64,000 nucleotides of DNA, taken from positions 1,798,001 to 1,862,000 of the forward strand of contig SMSO01000005.1 of the NCBI GenBank assembly GCA_004764695.1. Direction: 5' to 3'. Shown here one piece after another: positions 23,157 to 36,381 of the stretch. A model generated the notes under the pieces. The model did no database searches. It was not told where the DNA came from and was given only the letters and a program-made list of their open reading frames with translations. The stretch's first letter is position 1; the number at the start of each line of letters is the position of its first letter. Source of the stretch: Schizochytrium sp. TIO01 (Eukaryota; Protista; Bigyra: Labyrinthulomycetes). The translations under genes were made by a program, and so were the position numbers.

Positions 23157-24420
23157 GTTGGATGCACGAACTCTAGTCTAGCTAGAGAAGGATTGGGCCA
23201 AGATCCATCCAATGTTGAAATCCTTTGGCATTTCTAAGGGCTCGTTGTGTAAAAAGTCTAAAGGAAACTTCCAAGGCTACAGACTTGTGCCATGGTGGCA
23301 CGCTGACCCGCCGGTAGATCGGCCTTTGATTTCTTTAGAGTTGCGAATAAAAGCGCCGAGGTCACAGCAGCTGCCAAACAAAGTGATCGCACCCAGCGAA
23401 GCTAACGAGGATAACAGAAAAACTACCAGTTCTGTATCTTACCTACCAATAGGACCAAGATAGAGAACCGCCTGCGAAGCCTCGGTATGGTCTCATCCTG
23501 AGAAGAGAACGTCGTTCACTGCCATGAAGAGCAATTCCACCAAGGAAGATGACGGCAGCATTGCTATTGATTGCCTCGTTTTCAACAGTTTGCGGGTGCC
23601 AGTGCACACTCTGCGTCAGAAGAGGGGTGTATCTTAGAATAGAATACCGACGGTAAAATAGAATAGGCGGCTATTGTATACATCCAAATATAGAGGTCCC
23701 AGGTTCGGACTATCATGGAGGACACAAAGAGGTCCAATATAGGTGCCTGCCGATTTGTTTTGGCTTTTGCAGGGCTTGACTGCTTCAATTCAGGACAAGG
23801 TTCGCGCTCTTTCCATTTGCGTTGCCTGTCGCCGCCGCAGATTGCAAACACATCGAGAGCCCATTTGTCGTCAGAAGATCTCCTGCGTTATTGCTAGATT
23901 TACCTCAGCCTTAAGACTGCTGGAAGGTGCTGCCAATTCCTGGTACTACAGTGGAAACTGATTTTCGAGGTCTCAGCAGCTCGATTGAATAGATGAAGAA
24001 GCACCTCTGCTATTAATCTATACAAGTTTTATCTCGGTTGACGAGGATGGCGATGAGGCTGACATGTGCGGTTGACGGAGCGGGGCGCCATGCTCCGGCC
24101 TCGTCACTGAGAGCAAACGCGAAGGGCGCTTTGCATACACCCTAATCGACTTGCATACACAGGTTCTTTGCATTCAAGGTTATTTTCTGTGATAAATCTA
24201 AAAGTAAATGAATTATTTATTTTCTTTCAGTGTTTTCTGCTCGCCGATCGTTGTCCATGAGCCAGCGCAGGAGCTCTCAGAAGCGCGGCGTGGAGACAAA
24301 CAAACCCAGTGCAAAGAGACCGCCGGTAAGAAGCAAGCGAGCTCAAGCAGCCAAAGGAACAGCCCACGCAATTGCCATAGCAGCAGGTCTCTGGCTAGGA
24401 AGCTATGTATTTCCTGAATC

Positions 24421-24445
24421 AAAGCAAAGCAAAGCAAAGCAAAGC
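24421..24445 (+). repeat. (AAAGC)5 microsatellite
   Basis: Five perfect units. Confidence 0.9.
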
Positions 24446-24968
24446 CATGTCGAGTCCAACTCGAAAGACATTCTTTGAAGGTGGAAACTAACTAACAAAG
24501 AATCATGAATCGATCAGCGTATCAATCTAAAACTCATGAATCGATCGCTCATGGAACTAAGAAAGCGACCAGCAAGCGAGAATGCAGCTGAGCCTCCTGA
24601 GCCGAAGAAGTCGAATACGTTTTCTTTCTTCACCGAAGCGAAGGGGATCACTGAGAAGACTCCGAAGGGGCCAAAGAAAGAAAGTAAGTAAGTAATGAAT
24701 GAATGCCGCAGTGGGGTTAGAAACCGATGCTCATAATCGTAATGGTAGTCCAAAGTAAGTCCTGATCGTGGTCATTTGTAATGCCTTCTCCACGTGGTCG
24801 GTGTGCAGGATGGTCGTAGTCTTGAGTCGGCTTGAGCAGAGCTGACTCGAGTGAAAGCACCGTATTCGCAGCGAGGCCAAGCAAGACCTTGTTGAACTCA
24901 TTGACTGACTTGAAGGTACCTCAGGTAATGAATCGATCAGTAGCGCTTATATAATTCGTGGGGTACTT

Positions 24969-25045
24969 AGGTAGTAGTAGTGCTAGCAGTAGTAGTAGTG
25001 GATAGGTAGATACTGCTACTACTACTACTGCTACTACTACCTACT
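24969..25045. repeat. Head-to-head (GTA)n/(TAC)n microsatellites forming an imperfect inverted repeat
   Basis: GTAGTAGTAG...GCAGTAGTAGTAG is followed by TACTGCTACTACTACTACTGCTACTACTACCTACT. Confidence 0.75.
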
Positions 25046-25855
25046 TTGGAAAAGGAAAAAGAAAGTAAATTGTTTTTGTTTTGTTTTGTTTTGTTTTTTC
25101 CAATTAGAAAAAGAAGAAATGAATTGAGTGAGTGAGCAGACAGGAAAAGACCTCGGCAGCATCAGCATTCGCACAGATCGCTCAGACTGCGAACGCAATC
25201 ACTGACGCAGGATCGAAGCGGCTGTGCTAGGCCGCTGACTGGATTGGGGTGTAGAGAGTACACCGACCAATTTGCTTGCTTGCTCGCTGGCTGATTGTCT
25301 GGCGTTTGCGAGCGGACGGGTGAGCAATTGCAGCAAAGGTATCTCAGCGGCCGGTTGCGGGTCTTCATTCTGAGCTCGCTTTCTTTCGTATTGTTGCACC
25401 TACGGCGTAGCGGATCATTGAGTCTACCAAAGGTTTGAGCTTTACCGGGGGAAGGGGGTTACAGCGTTGTTCAGGCATTGCTGTAGAGTTGGACTCTCGC
25501 CATTATATTGCACTTGGAGGTGCGACACAGACGGGAAAAGGAGCAAGGGAAGGACGTAGGTATTGATTATCTATCCTACAGGTTCTAGTAGAAGCAATCT
25601 TAAGCACTCTAGTCAGGACTCAGGAGTTTCGGGTGCGAGTGGAAGTCACCTAGGCCGTCAGGTTATTGTGGATCTTGACGCATAAGGATAGCAGACCAAG
25701 CAACTCCCTGCCGTTGACTTCAATTGCTGCTACTGCTGCAACCATCATCAAGAGACATTGTTGAGAAGGGGGGCAATTTTGGTATTTAGATTGTTGCCTG
25801 ACAAAAGGTACTTTTTCACTCACTTTGAGTGGTAGAATCCAACCGAGTTGAAATA

Positions 25856-28021
25856 ATGCCAAAGGCCACGACCGTGGAGAAAGAGGGCATCCTCCGTAAG
25901 CGAGTCAATTACTTTCGCGTGTATCAAAAGTTCTACGTTGTTTTGCGTGATGGGCGTCTGGATCTTCTTAATGATAAGACGCGAGAGTTACATAGCTCGC
26001 TCGTTCTCTCCAGCACCTTCACAGTGTCAGAGCTAAGCAAGACGCATCGCAAACCTGTAGGTGGCGTGTCGAGCGAAGCATGCGCATTTTCAATCTTCAA
26101 TGGCGATAACCTGCTTGCAAGGTTCATGGCAGATTCAACCACAGAGGCACAGGAGTGGAAAGAAGCCCTTGAGCTAGCTATCCGCCTGGAACAAAAACGC
26201 CCTCGGTCCAAATCCATGCGGCGTAAACGATCGGAGCAGCGTGGCGACCAGCCTGCTTACATTTCCGAAAAACTCCAGATTGCTCAAAAGGTGCAGTTTT
26301 CCGCTGTTGACAATGTCGCCGGCCTCACCTTGTACCGCGAGACCAACATGACCCGCAAGAACCTTCTCCTCAAGGTCGGCTGTGTTGTGAACGCAAGCGC
26401 AGATCAGGTATTCAAAATGCTTCTCCATGACTCTGTCAACTTTGAGCCATGGGATGAATGGGAAGAGCGCACTGAGATCCTAGAGGAACAGGCCGAGAAG
26501 CATCTTCGTATTGAGCATGTGCGCTGGTACCCCATCAAGGTCTATGGGATGTGGACCAAGCCACGTGATTTCGTTCTGCAAAGATATTGGATGTCCTTTG
26601 AAAATGGCTCCAAACTGATCACTTGGCGTTCCTGTGAACATCCTGAAGCACCTCCTGACCCTAATTATGTTCGCGGTAGCATCTGGATGTCAGGATTCCT
26701 CATCACGCCTAAAAAGTGCCCTCATGCCCACCCGCCTAATGGCAACACCAGCATGGGATCCATGAGAAGCATGAAGAGTTCAAACAACGACACAGATAGC
26801 GAGGAAGTTGCAGATACTAGCGTCGACTCATCTTGCTGGGTTGATTATTCCATTCATTTTTCGCCCGAAGGCTGGCTTGGGTCTATGCCACTCAACTTCC
26901 ACCAGCAATGGGTTTACCCCTTGATCCAACGTCTCACGATTCTTCGTGAAGCAGTTGATCGTCGCAACTACCTTGACATTGACTATGCTTATGTCTTTAA
27001 GCGCCTACAGTCGGGTGGCGGCTCGGCCACAGCTGCAGCACAAGGTAGGGCACAATTACCTCGCCAAGCCTCAGCACGGGCTGCACAGCTCTTAGCAGCA
27101 AAGGCTAAATCTGTCTCCAGCCGTGGCAACAAACTCGCCTCGACCAAGGAGGAGTCTGCCAAGAAGTCCTTAGGCAAAAAGTATGACTCTTCATCAACCC
27201 CACTGCTCCAATCCTCCAAATCTACAGATAGCGATGATGCCACCTCGACCGGGGGGGAGTCTGCCACTGGCCTTACTGGAACCTGGCCTTGCTGGGAAGA
27301 CACGCCCTTGGAAAAGGATCCTCTTCAGGTTCGTGGTAAGAACTACCTCAAGGACAAACTTAAGCAACCATGTGGACCAGCCGCTTTCCGGCTGGTGGCC
27401 ATGGATCTCTTCGAGACTGAAGGTCGAGTCACTCACATTGCATCACGCCCTGACAACCTTGTCCACCGGCTTGTCAAGGAAGGTCGCCACCCCTTCGTGT
27501 TCATAGTTCATTTCACCCTTCCCGGTCCGCCATTTTATTCTCTTGTTGCCTATTTTGCTGCACGCCAAGAGGACTTGGCTTTGGGCAACCCATTTGGCGA
27601 CTTGCTGAATAAGTTTCTCAACAGCGAAACATCAGCATTCCGAGATAACTGTTTCAAGCTCATCCCTCGCGTTGTGGATGGCAACTTCTTTGTACGCAAG
27701 GCTGTTGGCACAACCCCGGCAATTTTGGGTAAAAAACTTGACCAGGAATACTATGGTGATGGTGAGACTTACTTTGAGCTCGTTGTAGATGTTGGTTCTT
27801 CGTCTGTGGCAGGATCGATTCTTGGCGTGGTAAAGGGCTATGCAACTTCTATTTCTATTGACCTTGCGTTTCTGCTTGAGGGCCAAGAGGAGCAATACCT
27901 TCCTGAGCGTATTCTCGGTTCGCTGCGCTTGGTCAAACCTGACATTGATATGTGCGTTAAATTGCCTTACTATGCAGTTCCGGCTAGCGATGACGACGAG
28001 GATGCCATGCTCAGCGATTAA
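25856..28021 (+). CDS. EDR2-like lipid-binding protein (PH + START + EDR2_C/DUF1336)
   Basis: N-terminal PH domain (KEGILRKR...EAQEWKEAL), START domain (KPRDFVLQRYW, PPDPNYVRG), and C-terminal LQVRGKNYLKDKLK, FKLIPRVVDGNFFVRKAVG, YFELVVDVGSS, LPERILG. Confidence 0.9.
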   Translation: MPKATTVEKEGILRKRVNYFRVYQKFYVVLRDGRLDLLNDKTRELHSSLVLSSTFTVSELSKTHRKPVGGVSSEACAFSIFNGDNLLARFMADSTTEAQEWKEALELAIRLEQKRPRSKSMRRKRSEQRGDQPAYISEKLQIAQKVQFSAVDNVAGLTLYRETNMTRKNLLLKVGCVVNASADQVFKMLLHDSVNFEPWDEWEERTEILEEQAEKHLRIEHVRWYPIKVYGMWTKPRDFVLQRYWMSFENGSKLITWRSCEHPEAPPDPNYVRGSIWMSGFLITPKKCPHAHPPNGNTSMGSMRSMKSSNNDTDSEEVADTSVDSSCWVDYSIHFSPEGWLGSMPLNFHQQWVYPLIQRLTILREAVDRRNYLDIDYAYVFKRLQSGGGSATAAAQGRAQLPRQASARAAQLLAAKAKSVSSRGNKLASTKEESAKKSLGKKYDSSSTPLLQSSKSTDSDDATSTGGESATGLTGTWPCWEDTPLEKDPLQVRGKNYLKDKLKQPCGPAAFRLVAMDLFETEGRVTHIASRPDNLVHRLVKEGRHPFVFIVHFTLPGPPFYSLVAYFAARQEDLALGNPFGDLLNKFLNSETSAFRDNCFKLIPRVVDGNFFVRKAVGTTPAILGKKLDQEYYGDGETYFELVVDVGSSSVAGSILGVVKGYATSISIDLAFLLEGQEEQYLPERILGSLRLVKPDIDMCVKLPYYAVPASDDDEDAMLSD

Positions 28022-30971
28022 AAGGCCAAGTCAAATCGCCTGCTCAACATACTACTCTCTATTCACAACAAATCGCTCACTCACTTGAACTTCTCTGATG
28101 CTAATCAGGCTGGTGAATATACGACTCTCAACATGCCACGTAAACATAGCGTAGTAGATACCCTTGTATTCTATTGTGCAAAGACACCTAAATGAACCAT
28201 TTCTTTGTCTTTTTTTCTTATTTGGCCTTCCAAGTCTCTTTGCCGCGACGATCAAAAATACAAGAAAAACTTACCCATATTCCTTAATAAGACATGACAG
28301 GCTCTTGATAAAGGAAGCAGCTCATGTTCTAGTTTTGGTGAACTCTTTGGAGCCAAGCGACTAGTCTCATGTCTTCCGATGGTCCTACTACTTGCGTTGG
28401 TTGCCATGTCGTAGCTATGACTGAACGAAACATTAGGGAAAACACCAATTTTGATCGGAGATTATGTAATATCTTTCTTCTTTGAAATTATTATTATTAT
28501 TTTATATATATAAATGCCCGTACCTAGCTAGTAATGAGTGATTATTTGGGCTTTGAGTTTTTGCTCAAGTTCAAAGATTTAAGGGAGGTGCTTCTGACAA
28601 GTGAGACTGCACCTAGCCTATTGCCAAAGATGCTAACTAAGTATGCTCGATATTTGGGGTCTTTTCATGTTGGTTTAGCTAGGAAAAGATTTTTCTTGTA
28701 ATTCCTTCTTAAACTCATTCGTAGTAGCTACAACATGATGCCGACCGTGGCTGCGACACACTTCGGTTGCCTCAGTCAAGCTATTTCGCTCAATCCAACC
28801 TCGCTCGTGTTGTTAACTTTTTTTAAAAGAGCATGACTATGTCTCTTCTTTTCTTATGGATGTTTATCATGAAATAAAAGGAGTTGATCCATCTGAACAA
28901 ACTACAACTACAACGATTTCGTGGAGCCCACTAAAAAATTCAGTTAATTTCACGTTGCCTGTGTTTGAGCAAAGTGGGTAAAGTGATGAGCGTCACGAAG
29001 GGTATCCTGCAAAAAAAGGAAAAAACTGTTCATCAGGCCACCTATGGTCGGTCAAAATTTACCATTATTTCTACAATCCTTTAAATTAAATAATAATAAA
29101 AAAAAGGTCCATCTGTTTGATCTACTCAACAAAGACTATTAGGAATAACATCCTTACAAGCAGCAACCGAGTAAAAGCTTCAAGCAAACACCTATCTCAC
29201 CTCATTGACTGGCGACTTTACCGACAATAAGGGCATTGATCACAGGACAGCACTTTTAGTGTTCAAGGGTACGCCTTCGTCAGACTCACGGTTTGAGGGA
29301 ACATGTCAGATCATACAAAGCGGGCTGCAAGTTCATATAGAGATCAAATTGAAGTGGTGTTACCTAACGATAAATGCAGTCGCGTGATCATGCGAACAGC
29401 CAAGAAACTCAGTGAGATTCATCAAGACGACGGTATCACTGCCACAATTGAGAATAAGAAAGACAATACATATGAGTATCTTCACAGTCTACAAATGAGT
29501 ATCGAAAGTAAAGAATCAGAAGAAGGGATTAACGCAAATCAAGAAACCCCCAAAAGAAACCTTCTAAGCCCGGCGGATTCCATCTTTGCCAATCCAGGAA
29601 CACAAAATCCAATGGATGGGTGCCAATGGCGACATCTTGGCCTGTCAAACACTGATAATCGATATCTCGACTGGCTCATCCTTTAAATGGTCGTTGATGA
29701 TTCACAATATCAAGTACACAATGTATAAATCATTAAATATATCCTCAGTTCACTCACTATATTCGCGTATGCTTTCTATAGAGGGAGGGACTTGGAGAAT
29801 TTCTTCGTGTATAGATTTTGAAACACTGCAGTATTGCAAGCAAGATGTCACTGTAATGGTTCGTTGAGATATAGCATCAGGCAGGTCTGAACGAAAGCCA
29901 ACTACTATGGGAGATGCATGGATCCGTGATTTATTTATTAAAACATTAAAACATCAGGAAGGACGTGCTCACTATATCAGTCGAGTACTTTTATTGTTGC
30001 TTCAAACAAACGTTTACAGGACTTATTGCACAATACAAGCACGATGTCGGGAATACGTATGAACCTAAATATAGAATTTTCAAGATCGGTGTATAATTTT
30101 CGCTTTGCTAAGAGCACTATAACTCTAGTATCTTCCTTTCGCTTCTGCATAGAATAATACAGACCTTGTGAAATAAAGAGCAAGGAAACCAACGACTTGA
30201 ACCCATGCAGCTACTCATCTCACCCCGGGTGGCTATACATCATAACTCAGCTAAGTTTCGCATCATGAAAAAAAAAACAGAAGTCTGAGGTGTCGTCATT
30301 ATTAAAAAAGCCAGCACCTTAATCCGTTGAAGGTACTCGTACCTACTACTGCCTAAGCGAACTAGTGATCAGTTTAATCCTAAACCCATTCGAGTGAATT
30401 CTTGGGATTGCTCTTTGTTGATGAGCTCAGAGGATATTTCCGCGCACCATTGGGCCTACCCTAACGTTTAAACCTCGAGGTTAGCTAGCTAACACACACA
30501 GAACGCCTGCTTTGACCATCATCTCAAATCTCTCAATGTACTCGTTGCAGAACCCAAAACCCTGCTTTTATACCTAGCTAGGACTACCTACTTATACAAG
30601 TTTTTATGGCCCCACTTTACTTTAAAGGTGTGTGCACAACCCGATTTTGAGAATTCAAAAATATGGGTGACGGTTTTTCATCAGGTAGGGTGTAGTCCTA
30701 AATAGTAGGAAGTAAATAACTACGCCTTGCACCACTTCGTCTATTTCTGCATCTGGCGTGGCAACTCGTTGTACGAGCGAGCAGTAGGTTGAGACGCTGC
30801 TCCTCGATCTGGGTTGGTCTTCAAGGTTGGCTTCAGCTAGTTCTCTTCAACAATTTGCTTTGGTCTTTGACAATTCTTTTTGTTGGCCAAAAGGGCAGGC
30901 AAGTTTCTGCCCATCCATAAGTCCATCTATCCACCCAACGAGACCACTGTCTTCTGCTCTCCAACTCAACC

Positions 30972-32538
30972 ATGCAACATCACAGCTCCCCGGCAGGTAG
31001 GATGGCCTCCAACTCTGCCTCCTTCACCGCAGCTCGTTCTCAGTTCAAGACACCTGCCGCTCCCAGCCTCATTCATGAAACCGAGGCCAAGAACTGGGAC
31101 CCGCGCACCGAGGACCTTCGCGGAGGCTCGCTACTCACCGTGCGTAGAAACCAGTTCTGGCAGGACAACATGCAAGAGCTCTCGCCTGACTCTCGCGAGA
31201 TCTTTGATGATCTTGAAGAGGCTGTGCAAGAGCACTCGAGTTATAACAGCGGTGCTATGCACAACAACAACCACAGCAACAACTCCAACAGGTACAACTA
31301 CAGCCACGGTTATAGTAGTGATAGGGCAGCCCCAATTCATTTTGGGCTCGGAGCAATGTCTGGAGCTAGCGCTGGTATAGACAGCGAGGCAAGCTCTAGG
31401 AATGGAGACAGGTTCTCCCGAGCATCGGACCATGTGCCATTTCACCTGTCTACACCCGGGTTTCATACGCCTTCGGTACAGCATACCCCAACCAATGCCG
31501 CCTGTTGCCCCGGCAATCGACCTCACATCGGCTATGAGCGCAGCGGTTGACGATGATGATGACGACGTCCAGAGAGTTAACTCGTTCCAACAAAGGCGTC
31601 AGCATGCTAGTCCTACAGAACTCGTATGGACAACACAAGAAAGGCCAAGACCGCAGCGCAATCATGCAGCTCGGTCAACGTCCTTGCGACTTTCGTTTTC
31701 CCGAGCCATGTCTCCAGCCGCTAGTAGCACTCCCATGCAAGAAATGCGGGCTGTTGAGTACAACGAGCTCGATATGACAAATGAAATCATCGTTGTGGAT
31801 AACGACGAGGACGAGGAAGACGTCAACGACGATGTTCAGCTTATCAGCCAAGGTACCACTCAGCAAGGCGGAAACCAGCAGGCTGAGGAGGCAAAGACTG
31901 CGGAAGAACTCATGGACGAGTCCGAAAGACTTGCACGCCAGCTCATGGCTGAAGAGGAAAATGAATTTCTTGAGCGCTTGCATCAAGCCCAACTGGAGGC
32001 AATGCAAGGTTTCCAACGCAGCAGAACGCGGTCCGTGAATAGTGAAGCTCGATCGGACGGAGGAGTTAGGGCCTCTGAAGCTGCTGAAGGTGAGGACGAT
32101 GAAGAGGAAGAGGAAGATCAAGACGTGGCTCTGGCTCTTCGACTTATGGCCGAGGAGCAGGAGCAAGCTCAACAAGCAGCTGATACGGCTTCTTCTGAAG
32201 TAGATATTGACCCCGACGAAATGTCGTACGATCAGCTCGTCGAGCTCGGCGAACGTATCGGTAATGTCAAGCAGGAGCGTTGGCGTGTGGATGGGCGCCA
32301 GCTTGTCGAAGCTCTTCCTGTTGTTAACTTCACTGCTGAGGAGATTGAATCTGGTGGGCTACGTGGAGTCGACACTACAAAATGCCTTGTATGTCAGTAC
32401 TCATATGAAGAGGGTGAAGAACTCAAAATTATGCCCTGCAAACATGCATTTCACAAGGAGTGCATTGATCCTTGGCTTGAGGACCATGACACTTGTGTTG
32501 CTTGCAAGCAGTCCTTGCGCGACATCAGTAACCCATGA
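30972..32538 (+). CDS. RING-H2 E3 ubiquitin ligase with UIM-like helices (Big Brother-related type); frame break near 31486
   Basis: C-terminal DPDEMSYDQLVELGERIG plus RING-H2 CLVC...PCKHAFHKECIDPWL...CVAC. UIM-like ESERLARQLMAEE and QDVALALRLMAEE. The overlapping ORFs 30972-31550 and 31402-32538 look like one gene. Confidence 0.8.
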
Positions 32539-33332
32539 TGGTGTTGCACAGGCGAGCTCTAACACATTTTGCTCGTATTTACTCTCTCTTTCTCTCTCTC
32601 GGACCCAGCGTCTATTCCCTCTGGCAGTAGTGTGCAGCGTTTGGTCGCTCACCTACACCGAGTGGCAGGTCCTCTTCTTTCCCAAATTATTGGCCTCGAG
32701 TAGCTGTAACCACACACGCTTCGTTGTCAATTCGTCCTTGTCAAGCGGGAAATAAACATTCGTCGAGAACACCTGTTTACGCCGTTCCACAAGACAAATA
32801 CATAGCGCCCTTTCCTATTAGTGGAAGTCTGTGCAAGCAATCCAAAGTTTGGTGCCAGTTCTTCCTCCTTGTTCCCCCTCTTGGTATTTTTTAGAATAAA
32901 TCCATGCAAAGAAAATGTTACATTTTTTGTTGGGACTTTGCTGACTCTATGATCCCAAGCTCTCGCTGATGAATAGTTTGTGTGTGTTTATTGATACATT
33001 TTTTCAATCGCTAGCTTTGCAAGCAAGGTTTGGCTCGAATACCAAGGCAGCCAAATCAATGTCATCGTATCTACTATCTGATATCGCTCTCAACTCTACT
33101 CCTCATATATACACTCGAGACGCTACTCGATAAACCTAGTATTCATAATTATCATGATGGTAAATAATGAACCATTGTAGTTAGATAGGTACTTCTAAGC
33201 AGAAATCTAACCAACTAATAGTACTACTACTACTTGCGATGTGCAAACGAGGAGAAAGAGGCTTCGAGACAGACTCCAGAATCCATTCTGGCGTGGCAAA
33301 CCTTGGTGAGCCAGGGTGTTCTACTCGTGACA

Positions 33333-34379
33333 ATGGAGGTGGTCCGGAACTCGCTGCCGAGCTCGTTGCAGAGTCCCTTGGCTAGTGCAGAGGCAAGCGT
33401 CGCGGACGCGCTGGGTGTGACCCCTGATGTGGCGCTGGCAGTCTTGTTGTTCTTGACGCTGGCAGCACTAGTGCTAGCAGCCTCTTTGGCAAGTAATCTC
33501 GCCGGGGCAGGGTCTTCTGCTGGGTCTCGCAAGAGCAAGGGAGACGCTGTCCTGCTCTTGGGCAATTCAGGATCCGGCAAGACCACTCTTTTTTACCGTT
33601 TGTAAGTTTACATCTATTTCTATTCCCAAGGTGACCACGATGAAATCATCGAACCTCCATCAAAGGCACTGGGAACCAAACAAAACACGACTTACGATCA
33701 TCTGATGTACTGACTTATATTAACAATATCCCAAATCACTCCACGTGCTCATTCACTGATGTTGACTTTGACTTGGCTGTTTTGGTCATCTTGTAATTTT
33801 AAAAAATGGAATCATAAACCACACAGGTTTGCTGACACCTGTCCTGAATGTGTGACATCAATGGAGATTCACGAAAAGTCCTTCCCGATTCATGGTGCAG
33901 AAGATGAGACATCGCGCAAGGTTATCGACTTCCCTGGACATGCCCGGCTGCGCACGCAGCTGCCCGATGTTATTCCTCAGGCAAAATGCATCGTCTTTGT
34001 CCTTGATGCGTCAGCTGCCACACCAAAAGATGTTCGAGAAGTGGCAAGTTTGTTGTATGATATCTTTGTAGAGTGCATCAACAATGACTGCGAGCCACGG
34101 ATGCTAATTGCTTGCAACAAGACCGATGTGGCGGGCGCTGCGAAACCGGAGGACCTCCGCAAAAAGCTCGAGAAAGAGCTAGACGGGCTCAAATCAACAC
34201 GCCACTCTATTGACACGGAGGGTGATGACGAGATGGAGATCGCTCTCGGCACTGAGGGCGTTCCTTTTACATTCGAGAGCGACGCTGGCTGTGAGGTAGA
34301 ATTTACATCAATCTCTGTTCTCAAAGGCGGCGAGGCTCTCCAGCCTGTACTTGACTTTATTTGCGATGCGTTTGAATAG
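33333..34379 (+). CDS. SRPRB: Signal recognition particle receptor beta subunit, join(33333..33601,33827..34379)
   Basis: N-terminal TM helix, P-loop GNSGSGKTT, DFPGHARLR, CNKTD, LEKELDGLKSTR. A phase-2 intron GTAAGT...CACAG joins the two ORFs in frame. Confidence 0.92.
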
Positions 34380-34507
34380 AGCAAGCAAGAGGAGCACTAT
34401 ACTAACATTGATATAAAGAGATACTCATGTTAATAATTACAATCTTGGCTTCAATTTTTACAGCTGTAAATATGTCAGAAGTGACATTAGTTTAACTAAC
34501 TGACTTG

Positions 34508-35701
34508 TTATCCAAAATAGATAGTTCCACTTCCCGAATGATTACTAGGGTTATTCTGAGAGGGCATTGATGTACGTTTCATTCGCCGCTTCAGGGTTGC
34601 GAGATCTGCTTGCATAGAAGTAGACTGAGCTTCAGCCTTGTCCTGAAGACTCTGAGAGCTCTGCCCGCGAACTGGGAAAGGGGTGTCCCAGCCTCCGCCT
34701 TGCATTTGTTCGTACTGGTGTTGCCTGGAAGAAAGATTCGGGCTACCAAGTAGTTTTTTTTGCTGGTATTGAATCTGCTCCCCAATGTCTGAGATAGAAG
34801 AAGCTTCCTGTGATACTTTGTCTAGTTGATCAATAAATTCATATTGACCCAAATGCGCAAGGCGTTCGGCAAGCCATTGTGCATCAACAGCGAATTCGGA
34901 ATTCTTGTTGTACAAATGGAATAAGCGCACATAGCGAGCAATTACGTCAAAGGAAGGAGGCCCTGGAATAAGACTTAATTTTCGCAAGCAAATTGGGCAC
35001 AAAACAAAAGGGCGGAAAGCTGAAAGCTCGCAGTTCATCGCACAAACAAAGTATTTGCAAGGCGCGAATAATGCCCATATCGAGCATAGTGCACGGCAAA
35101 TTCTTTGAACGTTTTGCCGAAAGGGGGGAACGCCAAGTTCTTCTTGCCCTTCACTGGGTTTTGAGAGATCAAGAAAACCAATCCCCCCGTTCGCACCTGG
35201 AAGCAATCTAAACCCGTGCTCTTCTTTCGACAGATCAGTTTCAATATCTAATGAAACAGCAAGCATCCGTGCATCCTGACTCGGTAGGGCGCGTTCAAGA
35301 GCCATAGATAATTGGTGTACGCAAAGTCTGCCTGACCGAGCATCACGATACATACGCATTTGTGAGGCAGTTGCAAATTGAGGGAGTTGCATCACCTGGA
35401 TCCGTGTGAGAGGGTGCAGGAATGCTTTTGCATAGTCTACAAATAGGTGTAGCTGTGCTTCATTCTGCTGCTGAGTTTTGTTGCCCAAAGGTACTACTAT
35501 GATTGAGTCTTGAAAGGAAAGTTGCAGCTCAGACAGTCGTTTTGCATACGTGGGGACCGACTCGCCTTGCGCTGGACCATCGAGAGGCATTGTCAGTAAA
35601 GTAAAGAAACCTTCCGGGTCACCCATGTCTACTTCTACAGCCTTGCGAAGTACCAGACTTTGTGGTCTTGGACCAAGTGCTTGAGACAACATGCAGTCCA
35701 T
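34508..35701 (-). CDS. Archaemetzincin (peptidase M54)-like protein lacking the catalytic HExxH motif
   Basis: Collinear AMZ-like segments IIVVPLG, DYAKAF, LPSQDARMLAV, CKYFVCAMN...LCPICLRKL and FDVIARY. The zinc-binding HExxHxxGxxH is absent. Confidence 0.75.
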   Translation of the reverse strand: MDCMLSQALGPRPQSLVLRKAVEVDMGDPEGFFTLLTMPLDGPAQGESVPTYAKRLSELQLSFQDSIIVVPLGNKTQQQNEAQLHLFVDYAKAFLHPLTRIQVMQLPQFATASQMRMYRDARSGRLCVHQLSMALERALPSQDARMLAVSLDIETDLSKEEHGFRLLPGANGGIGFLDLSKPSEGQEELGVPPFRQNVQRICRALCSIWALFAPCKYFVCAMNCELSAFRPFVLCPICLRKLSLIPGPPSFDVIARYVRLFHLYNKNSEFAVDAQWLAERLAHLGQYEFIDQLDKVSQEASSISDIGEQIQYQQKKLLGSPNLSSRQHQYEQMQGGGWDTPFPVRGQSSQSLQDKAEAQSTSMQADLATLKRRMKRTSMPSQNNPSNHSGSGTIYFG

Positions 35702-36381
35702 GATGATGCACGATGCTCAGCCTGCCCTTACTTAAAGGTGCTGATTTATTGCAGCTCTCCCAACGAACAAAAGATTTCAACCTTGAAAGATTGTTTCGAT
35801 TCGTTTGCTCCAAGCCCACCCAGTCAGTACAACAGGCTGGTTGTATCTCCAACAACAAGTGACTCCACCAACAACGGTTTGATTTTTTGGCACTGCATTT
35901 TCAACTTGAAAAATATATATATTAAAAAAAGCGAAGAGAGCACTGGGCACATGCAAAAGAACTACTTTGTTGAAGAAACGAGGAGTGATTTGATTTTAGT
36001 TACTCCAAAGCATACGCAAAAGGATGCTATGAGTGCTGTGTTTATTTCCGCTCAATAAGAGATTAAATAGGATTTGGATCTGTATGTTATAATCATTAGA
36101 ATGTAAATTCAAAAGTAGATAAGAAAGTTAAGCTGATCTTTCTTACGACCGCGGCATCTGAAATTTGAAGGAGTACTCAGAAAAGAGTGAGCGATGCATT
36201 ACAGATACTCGACCTATGGCTTGCTGGCTGAGAGGGGGGGGAATTTAGACTTTGATATTCTAAATCAATACATGCTACGGATCAAAATTCGCATGCTCCG
36301 TGAATCACTTAGGTAGTGTTAAATAATATAACGAAAATGTTTTAACAATAGAGATTAAGGTCAACGTTGAGCGAATAATAA

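Noticed and set aside
29303-29686. 127-aa orphan ORF, possibly a transposon remnant
   Set aside because: No transposase or RT motifs, terminal repeats or target-site duplications were seen.
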